Shown here: positions 1-7,639 of the stretch, piece by piece | How the letters are laid out: each line of letters opens with the position of its first letter | How positions within the stretch are numbered: position 1 is the first letter of the stretch | NCBI RefSeq assembly: GCF_041886205.1 | Contig: NZ_CP169030.1 | Reading direction: 5' to 3' (one strand) | Source of the DNA: Escherichia coli | GTDB taxonomy: Bacteria > Pseudomonadota > Gammaproteobacteria > Enterobacterales > Enterobacteriaceae | DNA length: 64,000 nucleotides | Program-made: the position numbers and the translations under genes | Notes under the pieces: model-generated | What the model was told of the DNA's origin: nothing | The model's input: only the letters and a program-made list of their open reading frames with translations | The model's database searches: none

Positions 1-2
1 CA

Positions 3-1004
3 GACTGGATCCCAGGTATCAGTGGACATAATGATGAATATCTGAATCTTTTTGAGCCCGTCAGTGAGGATTTTCGTCATATCCAGACGACCGGTAAACG
101 ACTCAGCAGCCTGACGCACTGGCGATATTATTTTGCCTTCTCCTCACCACAGAATGTTCTGCCACCTGAATTCTTCAGACAGCTTTTTGAACAGGCTGGC
201 GTATCGGAAAAACAGCAGCAGCTTTCTGAATTGCTGCTCTCAAAAATCAACAGTGTGGGCAGTCTGTCCGGAACCTGGTTTGAACATATACTGAGCAGAC
301 TGACTCCAGGCCTGATAAGAGAACGTAATTTCGAAGAGTGCGCAGGACTGGTTCATTTTTTCTTCGATCACACCGATGAGGTGAGCACTCGCTTCAGTAT
401 CCGTAACCCATGGTTTTCCCTGCGTGAAATGGCCATTAATGAGGTTGTACGGCATCTGCTGAAGCATATGCAGGATATTGATGAGACCAGAACGATCACG
501 CTTATGGAAAAACTGATCGTTACGGGTGCTTCGCCGTTCTGGATAGCCGATTTTATGCGGGATCTTATCTGGGAACATGGACTTGCTCAGAATGCAGTAC
601 CTTCGCCTTCAGACGCTCTTTTCAGTCGCGATATTACGGAACGGTTGCGTGACAGGTTTGCGGAACGTATGAATCAACCAGAACTTCAGCAACAGCTTCT
701 CCTGCGCAAGTCTCTTCTCGGGTATCTCTACGCCTGGAGAGACATGAGTTCAGGTGAAACCGTGAAGCAATGGGTCAGAGAAGTTACTACCACTGATGAA
801 GGCCTTGTTAACCTGTTGATACGATTACAGACCAGTGTCTTCAGCTCCCACCGAGGGGCATATCGCCGGATTGCGCGTGACCAGGTCAGTCCGTTCTTTG
901 ATGACTGGCCAGCAGTCGAAGAGAAGTTGAAGGTTATGCTGTCCGGCAACGAGCTGACTCCGGAGCAGGAAGCGCTCAAAACAGCGCTGGAAAATGACGA
1001 CTGA
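3..1004 (+). CDS. Hypothetical protein, 5'-truncated by window start (reading frame open from position 3; ORF track start at 231 is only the first in-frame Met)
   Basis: Frame stays open without stops from nt 3 to stop at 1004; no recognisable catalytic motif; convergent with TIR-like gene and separated by a hairpin terminator. Confidence 0.4.
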   Translation, partial: DWIPGISGHNDEYLNLFEPVSEDFRHIQTTGKRLSSLTHWRYYFAFSSPQNVLPPEFFRQLFEQAGVSEKQQQLSELLLSKINSVGSLSGTWFEHILSRLTPGLIRERNFEECAGLVHFFFDHTDEVSTRFSIRNPWFSLREMAINEVVRHLLKHMQDIDETRTITLMEKLIVTGASPFWIADFMRDLIWEHGLAQNAVPSPSDALFSRDITERLRDRFAERMNQPELQQQLLLRKSLLGYLYAWRDMSSGETVKQWVREVTTTDEGLVNLLIRLQTSVFSSHRGAYRRIARDQVSPFFDDWPAVEEKLKVMLSGNELTPEQEALKTALENDD

Positions 1005-1015
1005 CCAAAAATTAA

Positions 1016-1036
1016 GGCCGCTTAGCGGCCTTTTTC
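1016..1036. terminator. Bidirectional rho-independent terminator hairpin (GGCCGC-TTA-GCGGCC followed by T-run)
   Basis: Perfect 6-bp stem palindrome ggccgcttagcggcc then ttttt, located between two convergent ORF ends. Confidence 0.5.
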
Positions 1037-1053
1037 TTACTAAATGAAGGAGA

Positions 1054-1953
1054 TCAGGCGCTTAATGCTTTATCCTTGTCAAAAGGAACACCGGCATACG
1101 CAAGCTCACTCAGCAGTTTGCGTTTCCATCCACCATGCTCATCAAGCTCGGTATAGAGAACCCCGGCAAGATCTGAAGGGATTTCGATATCTCCCTTCCT
1201 GAGTACAAGTACTTTCCCGCGTCCAAGCTTCCCGGCGAAATATCCGAGCTCATACAGGACATTCTGGCGTGCGCGGAGACGTGTGCTTTCAGATGCCAGA
1301 GCACTGCCGCTATCGTCGGGCGTCATCAGCACGATGGCAAAACTGACATCCCCTGACTCTGCTTCAAATTTCTCGATAATCGTCCTGGAGCCGTCAGGAC
1401 GTTCTGAAAGAATGATTTCCTCAAGACCTATCCGGGATATAAAACGGGCAACAGACTGAAGGGCATCATTATCATGGCCATGAACAATAAAAATTTTTCG
1501 GGAAACCGGCCGAAACACTGCAGGCTCAGGATCGTGTTGGTTTTCCACATACAACTGGTAATCGCGCACGAACGGGGCAACTAATGACGACGTGAATTTT
1601 CGAATGGATTCAATAATGTTTCGATCATAGAAAAATGTATGACAGAAATTAAAGGAAAAATTGTTATCGTCTGCCATTTTCTCGATCAGCAGCAACTTCA
1701 GGCCCAAAATATCAGCGGGCTCATCAGGCCACTGTAGAACAGCGGAACCAGCCATGCTGGATTCAGTATCTTCACTCCTGGCCAGAAAGGTATCAAGTTC
1801 AACATTGCGGGTCAGATGTGCATTAACTGACTGCAGATTCTCTGAGTTCAAGAGCCGGGCCAATTGCTTAAGAGGTTGCTGATAGTTCTGAACGTCAGCG
1901 CGCTGAAGGTCGAATACGCAATTTTTAAGTGACTGAAAGATATCAATTGCCAT
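1054..1953 (-). CDS. TIR-like domain protein (COG4271/PF10137-type C-terminal domain) with uncharacterised N-terminal domain; candidate anti-phage effector
   Basis: C-terminal half contains KIFIVHGHD ... AIVLMTPDD ... RARQNVLYELGYFAGKLGRGKVLVL, matching the hallmark motif pattern of bacterial TIR-like nucleotide-binding domains seen in CBASS/Pycsar/Thoeris-type effectors; ~45 percent GC. Confidence 0.5.
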   Translation of the reverse strand: MAIDIFQSLKNCVFDLQRADVQNYQQPLKQLARLLNSENLQSVNAHLTRNVELDTFLARSEDTESSMAGSAVLQWPDEPADILGLKLLLIEKMADDNNFSFNFCHTFFYDRNIIESIRKFTSSLVAPFVRDYQLYVENQHDPEPAVFRPVSRKIFIVHGHDNDALQSVARFISRIGLEEIILSERPDGSRTIIEKFEAESGDVSFAIVLMTPDDSGSALASESTRLRARQNVLYELGYFAGKLGRGKVLVLRKGDIEIPSDLAGVLYTELDEHGGWKRKLLSELAYAGVPFDKDKALSA

Positions 1954-2233
1954 CCTGCCCGCTCTCCTGTCTTTGTTGTTCTGCTCTGTCCAGAATCTGT
2001 TGGCGCAGATTTTCTTTCATGTGTTCGATTAATGGGCTGACCATCGGATTAGTGGCATAACCAGAAGCGCGTTCGTACACCATGGAATAGGCTTCCTGAA
2101 TCGCGTTCTCAATGCTGACAGGATCGTTAGCATCGAAGTGGACATCATAACTTCCGTTTAATGCCTCTGTTGCTCTCTCAACCTCTTTTAGCTGTTTCTG
2201 CATTTTGTCTAAACCTGTGATTTTGACGCTCAT
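1943..2233 (-). CDS. Small hypothetical protein (96 aa), upstream gene of the TIR-like operon, 11-nt overlap with downstream gene
   Basis: ORF immediately upstream and overlapping the TIR-like gene on the same strand, suggesting translational coupling; no recognisable motif. Confidence 0.4.
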   Translation of the reverse strand: MSVKITGLDKMQKQLKEVERATEALNGSYDVHFDANDPVSIENAIQEAYSMVYERASGYATNPMVSPLIEHMKENLRQQILDRAEQQRQESGQDGN

Positions 2234-2381
2234 AACAACCTCCGGACTAAGTGAGATGTATCAACCTTTATAGATAGCACGTTGGAGATGTGGGGTAAGG
2301 GATATCACTCAAATTCCATGTAATTTCATTAAGATCAGACTTAACCTTTTTTCGGATCTCAGATAAAAAAGAAAGAAATAG

Positions 2382-2512
2382 AGATATGCTAAACATATGC
2401 CTGGCATCTACATATGCTACCGCTATACATATGCCACACATCTGCCTATACTAAACATATGCACACACCCGGTGCTTTGAATATTCCGGATATGTTTCAC
2501 ATATCCATATGC
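2382..2512. promoter_or_regulatory. vapBC promoter/operator region with at least five ACATATGC repeats
   Basis: Motif (A)CATATGC occurs at about 2393, 2411, 2427, 2455 and 2505 directly upstream of the vapB start codon; CATATG is palindromic. Confidence 0.4.
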
Positions 2513-2528
2513 TCGGGAGAGAAAAAAC

Positions 2529-2759
2529 ATGAGAACCGTATCGATATTTAAAAATGGCAACAACCGCGCCATCCGTCTGCCTCGTGATCTGGATTTTGAG
2601 GGGGTGAGCGAGCTCGAGATCGTCCGGGAAGGGGACAGCATCATCCTGCGCCCCGTCCGGCCAACCTGGGGATCATTCCTAGAGTACGAAAAAGCCGATC
2701 CAGATTTTATGGCGGAGCGCGAGGATGTTGTCAGCGACGAAGGGCGATTTAACCTGTGA
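2529..2759 (+). CDS. vapB: VapB/VagC-type antitoxin (AbrB/SpoVT fold)
   Basis: 76 aa, N-terminal SpoVT/AbrB-like motif (RAIRLPRDL), stop overlaps start of PIN toxin gene. Confidence 0.8.
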   Translation: MRTVSIFKNGNNRAIRLPRDLDFEGVSELEIVREGDSIILRPVRPTWGSFLEYEKADPDFMAEREDVVSDEGRFNL

Positions 2760-3172
2760 ACAAGACTTATATGCTTGATACCTGTATCTGCTCGTTCATC
2801 ATGCGTGAACAGCCAGAAGCCGTCCTGAAGCGTCTGGAGCAGGCGGTGCTACGCGGCCACCGTATAGTGGTCTCGGCCATCACCTACTCTGAAATGCGCT
2901 TCGGGGCTACCGGCCCAAAGGCCTCACCACGTCACGTCCAACTGGTCGATGAATTCTGCGCCCGCCTCGATGCCATCCTGCCCTGGGATCGCGCCGCAGT
3001 AGACGCCACCACGAAGATTAAAGTGGCACTGCGGCTGGCCGGGACGCCGATCGGCCCGAACGACACGGCGATTGCCGGGCACGCCATCGCCGCCGGGGCG
3101 ATACTGGTAACGAATAATACAAGAGAATTTGAGCGAGTGCCTGACCTGGTGCTGGAAGACTGGGTGAAGTAA
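2756..3172 (+). CDS. vapC: VapC/VagD PIN-domain toxin
   Basis: 138 aa; MLDTCICSF N-terminus and C-terminal VTNNTREFERV motif typical of plasmid VapC/VagD PIN nucleases. Confidence 0.85.
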   Translation: MNKTYMLDTCICSFIMREQPEAVLKRLEQAVLRGHRIVVSAITYSEMRFGATGPKASPRHVQLVDEFCARLDAILPWDRAAVDATTKIKVALRLAGTPIGPNDTAIAGHAIAAGAILVTNNTREFERVPDLVLEDWVK

Positions 3173-3209
3173 GACACTCTTTTCAAAGTCAGGAGATAAG
3201 GGCACCAAG

Positions 3210-3235
3210 AAACAGCCCGTATACGGGCTGTTTTA
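3210..3235. terminator. Bidirectional terminator hairpin (AAACAGCCCG-TATA-CGGGCTGTTTT)
   Basis: Perfect inverted repeat flanked by A-run and T-run between convergent vapC and the RloC-like gene. Confidence 0.5.
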
Positions 3236-3333
3236 ACAGATATCTACAGTAAGCGGTCCTAAACTGTAGGGTATCTTCGAAGATCAGACTATCAGGGAGC
3301 TAAAGCCTATCTTCCGGCGGCAAAAACAGTGGC

Positions 3334-5472
3334 TCAAGCGATACGGGCAACCGAGCTCTGGTTTGCTGCCGGTGGCAGGGCGATGAGCTTGTCACATTCC
3401 ATAATCACGTACTCCGGGATGAGATCGAATCTGGACGGATCTAGTTGACAGATGAACTCATTTTCAATGTGGTACGTTTCGTTAACGAATTTTCGTATTA
3501 CCGGATGGTCCTGATCCAGTTCCAGTAAACGGAATACCTGCAGTTTTTCATAGCCGTTACGACAGCGACGGTACAGGTTTTTTATTTCATCTGGGCTGCT
3601 GACGAGAGCCTGAAGTCGCGGGTAATCAAAACTGTCCACATACTCCCGGATATCCCGCAAGGCCTGCTGAATTTTCTCAGGAGCCATTTTGGGATAGCCC
3701 GAGCCCGCAGCGGCAGGCTCGCGATAATCCAGCGGGACGACGCGTCGATGGAATAGATTGGATAGAAGCTGATAAGCATCACCACGTTCGTCAACGATTT
3801 CAAAGTAGCGACGAAGATAGATGAGCTTAATGATCTCCTCACAGTCTGCTGACGCGGTGATGGATTTGCAGATCTGCATGAATGTCATGATATCGCCGTC
3901 GTTAACAGGTAATTCTTCTATGACTCCAGCAGACAGGCGCAGGCAGGAGGCGGTCACCTGATTACTGAACAACCTTCTGACTGACTTCAGCGTGTCAATC
4001 ACAGGCTCCACGTCATGCGTCAGCATAAGTACAGTCCGGTTCTTCAGGCATTCACCACTTGCACGTCTGAACAGCATTTCAAGAATGGCAAACTTCTTGT
4101 TTTTATCAAAAGAAGATATGGGATCATCAAGGATAATCAGTCCCGGGTTTTTTGACAGGCATTCATACATGAATAACACAATCGCAAAGGCGTTCCGTTC
4201 TCCATAGCTGAGATGCTGGCTACCGCCGCTGACGTACCCGTCAAAATCTATGTGTCGTAGCCTGAGTTTTCTCTGCTCTCCCTCGCCGGCTATATCCACC
4301 CTGTATTTATAGCCTGCATAAGTGAGGAAATTATTGATGTTTGTTTTGTGCTGTGCGATCAGCCGGATCATGCTGTCCCGGTGCCGGTTAATTTTTCCCT
4401 GCAGCGGTCCGGCAAGGTTTATCAGGTCCATAAGGGCCGCGTTCAGTCTGTCGGTGATCCCCTGCATGAGTTCGGATTGCAGATCAGGGAAGAACTGCAG
4501 GTCAATCAACCTGGCAGTGAGCACCTCCCGAACGTTCTGCTGTTCCTGCAGGCTGAAAACATTCAGGCCTCTCAGCGCAGTGAGTTTCTCTGTCAGCGTA
4601 TCGGTCTGGCGTTTCAACGCCACTAGGTACTCGATATGTTCGGCTTCCGGACCGTTCTGAAGCATAGTAATGGCCAGAAGGCGTTCTCTGGCGCTCTCCG
4701 TCAGGTAATTACCGAGGTTTTCCACCAGTCTGATGATAGCGGTCAGGTTTTTAATGGTGGATTTATCGTATTCCTCTCTGACTTGGCGAATTTGTGCTTC
4801 CTTTCCCGTGATATCACCGGTACAGAACGGACAGCAGCCATCCGAAAGGGGCGAAAACTCGAGTCCCTTTGTCTGCCAGTCAATCCATTCCACGCGGCGT
4901 TCACTGCGGATGTAGGGTTGATAGTTCTCAAGACCAGCCGGAATGTGGTGTATTTTATTTCCGCCTGACAGACCTCTCATGCCGGTTGAAGAACGTGAAA
5001 TCCCGGAACTGGTTGATCTGAAAGCATTACTGAGTTCCTGTAGATGGTCTATCAGAGAGTTCAGCTCAGTGTGATCCGTGAAAACAGCCCGGATCTTTTG
5101 CGTCATTTCTTCTATTTCACGCTCTCTTTCCGCATGGGCTTGATTGCGGATAAGAATATTAAAGCTATCACTGATGAGCTCGTCCGGTTGGAACGTAAAC
5201 TGACTGACGTACTCCTCGTTGAAGCACATCACGTCCCCAATCCCGTCAGCACCGATGACAATGGGCCCGGTGCTATCGGGGTTTTCTCCGCGCAGCCGGA
5301 AGGGTATCAGTGCCTGTAGTCCCTGAATGTCGTCCCGCGCCGCACAGCTTATGGCCCGTGACAGCGTACTTTTTCCAGTACCATTTGGCGCAAACTTAAT
5401 GTTCAGTTTATCGGCAGTGAGGGTGATATGTGCTCGTACGATGTTATTGCAGTGGCGTATTTCAATGTCCAT
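3334..5472 (-). CDS. ABC-type ATPase with coiled-coil CxxC zinc hook and C-terminal domain; RloC/PrrC-like anticodon-nuclease candidate
   Basis: Walker A (FAPNGTGKST) at N-terminus, long predicted coiled-coil insert containing CPFC, Walker B/D-loop (LIILDDPISSFD) and H-loop (LMLTHD), then ~220-aa C-terminal domain with LRRYFE and H-containing motifs; architecture matches RloC. Confidence 0.5.
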   Translation of the reverse strand: MDIEIRHCNNIVRAHITLTADKLNIKFAPNGTGKSTLSRAISCAARDDIQGLQALIPFRLRGENPDSTGPIVIGADGIGDVMCFNEEYVSQFTFQPDELISDSFNILIRNQAHAEREREIEEMTQKIRAVFTDHTELNSLIDHLQELSNAFRSTSSGISRSSTGMRGLSGGNKIHHIPAGLENYQPYIRSERRVEWIDWQTKGLEFSPLSDGCCPFCTGDITGKEAQIRQVREEYDKSTIKNLTAIIRLVENLGNYLTESARERLLAITMLQNGPEAEHIEYLVALKRQTDTLTEKLTALRGLNVFSLQEQQNVREVLTARLIDLQFFPDLQSELMQGITDRLNAALMDLINLAGPLQGKINRHRDSMIRLIAQHKTNINNFLTYAGYKYRVDIAGEGEQRKLRLRHIDFDGYVSGGSQHLSYGERNAFAIVLFMYECLSKNPGLIILDDPISSFDKNKKFAILEMLFRRASGECLKNRTVLMLTHDVEPVIDTLKSVRRLFSNQVTASCLRLSAGVIEELPVNDGDIMTFMQICKSITASADCEEIIKLIYLRRYFEIVDERGDAYQLLSNLFHRRVVPLDYREPAAAGSGYPKMAPEKIQQALRDIREYVDSFDYPRLQALVSSPDEIKNLYRRCRNGYEKLQVFRLLELDQDHPVIRKFVNETYHIENEFICQLDPSRFDLIPEYVIMECDKLIALPPAANQSSVARIA

Positions 5473-5689
5473 TTATCTGTCCTTTGCCAGTTATTCCGGG
5501 GGGATTCATATCCTTCCGCAAAATGTGCCCGCATGCTGTGATGCAGATACATAATACATTTCGTTTATACCATTGCTTACACCTCTCCGAGGTGTTCATA
5601 TCAGAAACAAAGATTAGGTCGATCCGACTTAGCCGGAAACCGGATCTGCGCGGCAGAAAAGACGCAAATGATATGATAATTAAGAAATA

Positions 5690-5815
5690 TACATAAAATC
5701 ATATCAGATATGATTTTAATCATTAAAAATGAAACAATATCTGATATTATCAGAAATCAAAAGCACACAAATCATACATGATATGATTTTTACCTGTCAG
5801 AACATTATCAGATGG
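5690..5815. promoter_or_regulatory. AT-rich divergent promoter region with repeated inverted repeats (AAAATCATATC-a-GATATGATTTT and related)
   Basis: Perfect 11-bp arms at 5695-5717 and an imperfect copy at about 5769-5790, lying between the divergently oriented RloC-like gene and the 85-aa gene. Confidence 0.35.
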
Positions 5816-5825
5816 AGCGTGCAGG

Positions 5826-6083
5826 ATGGATCAGGAAATGACGTTTTCACTCAGCTATGAACAACTGACCCGGTTTGCGGAACGACGCATCCGGGAATGC
5901 AATCTGGACAGCCAGGGCGCGATTTATCTCTGCGAGTCAGCCAAAGCCGGAGCCGTGCTGATCTTCTGGCATGAACTGGCCATAAATGGCTATGCCTCAA
6001 TGAATGCCATAAAGAGACAGGAGCTCATTGACGCCGACTTTCAGCGCCTCAGAAAGCTCATCTGGCCGGAGGATGACAGGTAA
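5826..6083 (+). CDS. Hypothetical protein (85 aa), first gene of a translationally coupled pair
   Basis: ORF with stop overlapping the start of the next gene (TAATG); no recognisable motif. Confidence 0.4.
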   Translation: MDQEMTFSLSYEQLTRFAERRIRECNLDSQGAIYLCESAKAGAVLIFWHELAINGYASMNAIKRQELIDADFQRLRKLIWPEDDR

Positions 6084-6673
6084 TGACCCAGAGCCGCCGA
6101 CCGTCGCCACTGCAGCGGAGAGTGCTGATTGTGCTGGCTGCCCTTGATGAAAAACGGCCAGGACCCGTGCTGACGCGGGACATAGAACGGGTGCTGGAGC
6201 GAAGCGGGGAAGCCCCGGTCTACGGGCCAAACCTGCGCGCCTCCTGCCGTCGTCTGGAGGATGCCGGCTGGCTGCGTACCCTGCGCGCTCCGAACCTGCA
6301 GCTGGCAGTGGAGCTGACGGACGCCGGCCGGGCCGTGGCACAGCCTCTGCTGCTGGCAGAACAGGACCGCCTCCGGGCAGAACAGCGTGCGGCAGAAGTC
6401 GTCGTACTGCCGCTGGTCCCGGCAGCAGGTCTGCACGCAGACGGCACTTCTGCCACTGATCTGGCGGTGGAGCTGAACGGCATAACGTATCAGGCCTGCC
6501 GTGGGGATTTTGTGGTGCGTCTCGACGGCAGCACCTGTCTGCAGTTATGGAATAAAGAAGGCAGAGTGGTACGCCGGGAGGGCGATCCGCTGGAAGTGGC
6601 GCAGTGGCTGCAGGCCTGTCATGATGCCGGAATAGAAGTTCGTGTACAGGTTAATGAAAGCGTCACTCCGTAA
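6083..6673 (+). CDS. Putative winged-helix DNA-binding protein (196 aa), high GC
   Basis: N-terminal segment LQRRVLIVLAALDEKRPGPVLTRDIERVLERSG resembles a wHTH; about 65 percent GC, contrasting with the AT-rich upstream region. Confidence 0.4.
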   Translation: MTQSRRPSPLQRRVLIVLAALDEKRPGPVLTRDIERVLERSGEAPVYGPNLRASCRRLEDAGWLRTLRAPNLQLAVELTDAGRAVAQPLLLAEQDRLRAEQRAAEVVVLPLVPAAGLHADGTSATDLAVELNGITYQACRGDFVVRLDGSTCLQLWNKEGRVVRREGDPLEVAQWLQACHDAGIEVRVQVNESVTP

Positions 6674-6690
6674 AAACATGCCAGCACGGT

Positions 6691-7038
6691 TTACACGTCA
6701 TCCCATGATGGCAGCCGGTTAACTTTCCTGCGCCACCAGTGGAAAGAGGCCATGAGCAGTCCGAACAAAAAACCACCCGTGATACTTATAATAATGGCCT
6801 CACCTGCCACCATTCCTGACGGCCTCCAGTAGATAAACCACATTGCACATCCCCAGGAAATGCCCCATAAGCCCCCCGTCAGCACCGTGACCTGCCAGAA
6901 CGGCATAAAGGGTAATGGCGGAAGCCGGATACCCAGCCGCCAGAGAATACGCAGAAGAGGAGGGGCATAATTGCTCCGCCACATCTTTTTGCTGTCCATC
7001 AGGGCAATGGCCCGGGCTTTTTTCTGCTCAAAGGTCAC
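6691..7038 (-). CDS. Small hydrophobic membrane protein (115 aa), function unknown
   Basis: Two or three hydrophobic segments (LPPLPFMPFWQVTVLTGGLWGISWGCAMWFIYW; IIISITGGFLFGLLMASF); located next to the colicin immunity gene. Confidence 0.4.
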   Translation of the reverse strand: MTFEQKKARAIALMDSKKMWRSNYAPPLLRILWRLGIRLPPLPFMPFWQVTVLTGGLWGISWGCAMWFIYWRPSGMVAGEAIIISITGGFLFGLLMASFHWWRRKVNRLPSWDDV

Positions 7039-7166
7039 AGGAGCACCTCCGTTCCATGATGTAAACGTGACACAGCTTATTGTTATTGATTATTATTATC
7101 ATGCTGTGATTATGTTGTCATGCATCAGTACACTGACAAAAGTGCAAAAGAAAGGAAAACAGGCAG

Positions 7167-7502
7167 ATGAACAGAAAATATTATTTTAATAATATGTGGT
7201 GGGGATGGGTGACGGGGGGATATATGCTGTATATGTCATGGGATTATGATTTTAAATACAGATTACTGTTCTGGTGTATTTCTCTCTGCGGAATGGTTTT
7301 GTATCCGGTTGCAAAATGGTATATTGAAGATACAGCTCTGAAATTTACCCGGCCTGATTTCTGGAACAGCGGTTTTTTTGCTGATACACCTGGAAAAATG
7401 GGATTGCTTGCTGTTTATACGGGTACTGTTTTCATATTATCTCTTCCGTTAAGTATGATATATATTCTTTCTGTTATTATAAAAAGGCTGTCTGTAAGAT
7501 AG
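7167..7502 (+). CDS. Colicin Ia/Ib-type pore-forming colicin immunity protein
   Basis: 111-aa membrane protein MNRKYYFNNMWWGWVTGGYMLYMSW... recalled as the colicin Ia immunity protein; convergent with a colicin C-terminal remnant as in ColIa/ColIb loci. Confidence 0.6.
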   Translation: MNRKYYFNNMWWGWVTGGYMLYMSWDYDFKYRLLFWCISLCGMVLYPVAKWYIEDTALKFTRPDFWNSGFFADTPGKMGLLAVYTGTVFILSLPLSMIYILSVIIKRLSVR

Positions 7503-7523
7503 ACAGCCTGTCTTATATTTTAT

Positions 7524-7639
7524 TTAAATACCCCAGAACTTATTCGCTTTTTCCACAAGCGATTCATCAATCAGCGCACCGGTGACAGCCATCAGTAAAC
7601 CATACCCGATAATGCCTAAAGCGCTTCCGGTAAGAATAG
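7524..7639 (-). pseudogene. Colicin Ia-type gene remnant: only the last ~38 codons (C-terminal hydrophobic hairpin ... ESLVEKANKFWGI) remain, truncated by IS903-like element
   Basis: Minus-strand translation ILTGSALGIIGYGLLMAVTGALIDESLVEKANKFWGI-stop ends at 7524; frame is cut at the IS inverted repeat at 7640. Confidence 0.5.

Noticed and set aside
2382-2512. Possible CRISPR-like array from the repeated ACATATGC motifs
   Set aside because: Repeats are only 8 bp with irregular 16-50 bp spacing and no cas genes; better explained as operator sites
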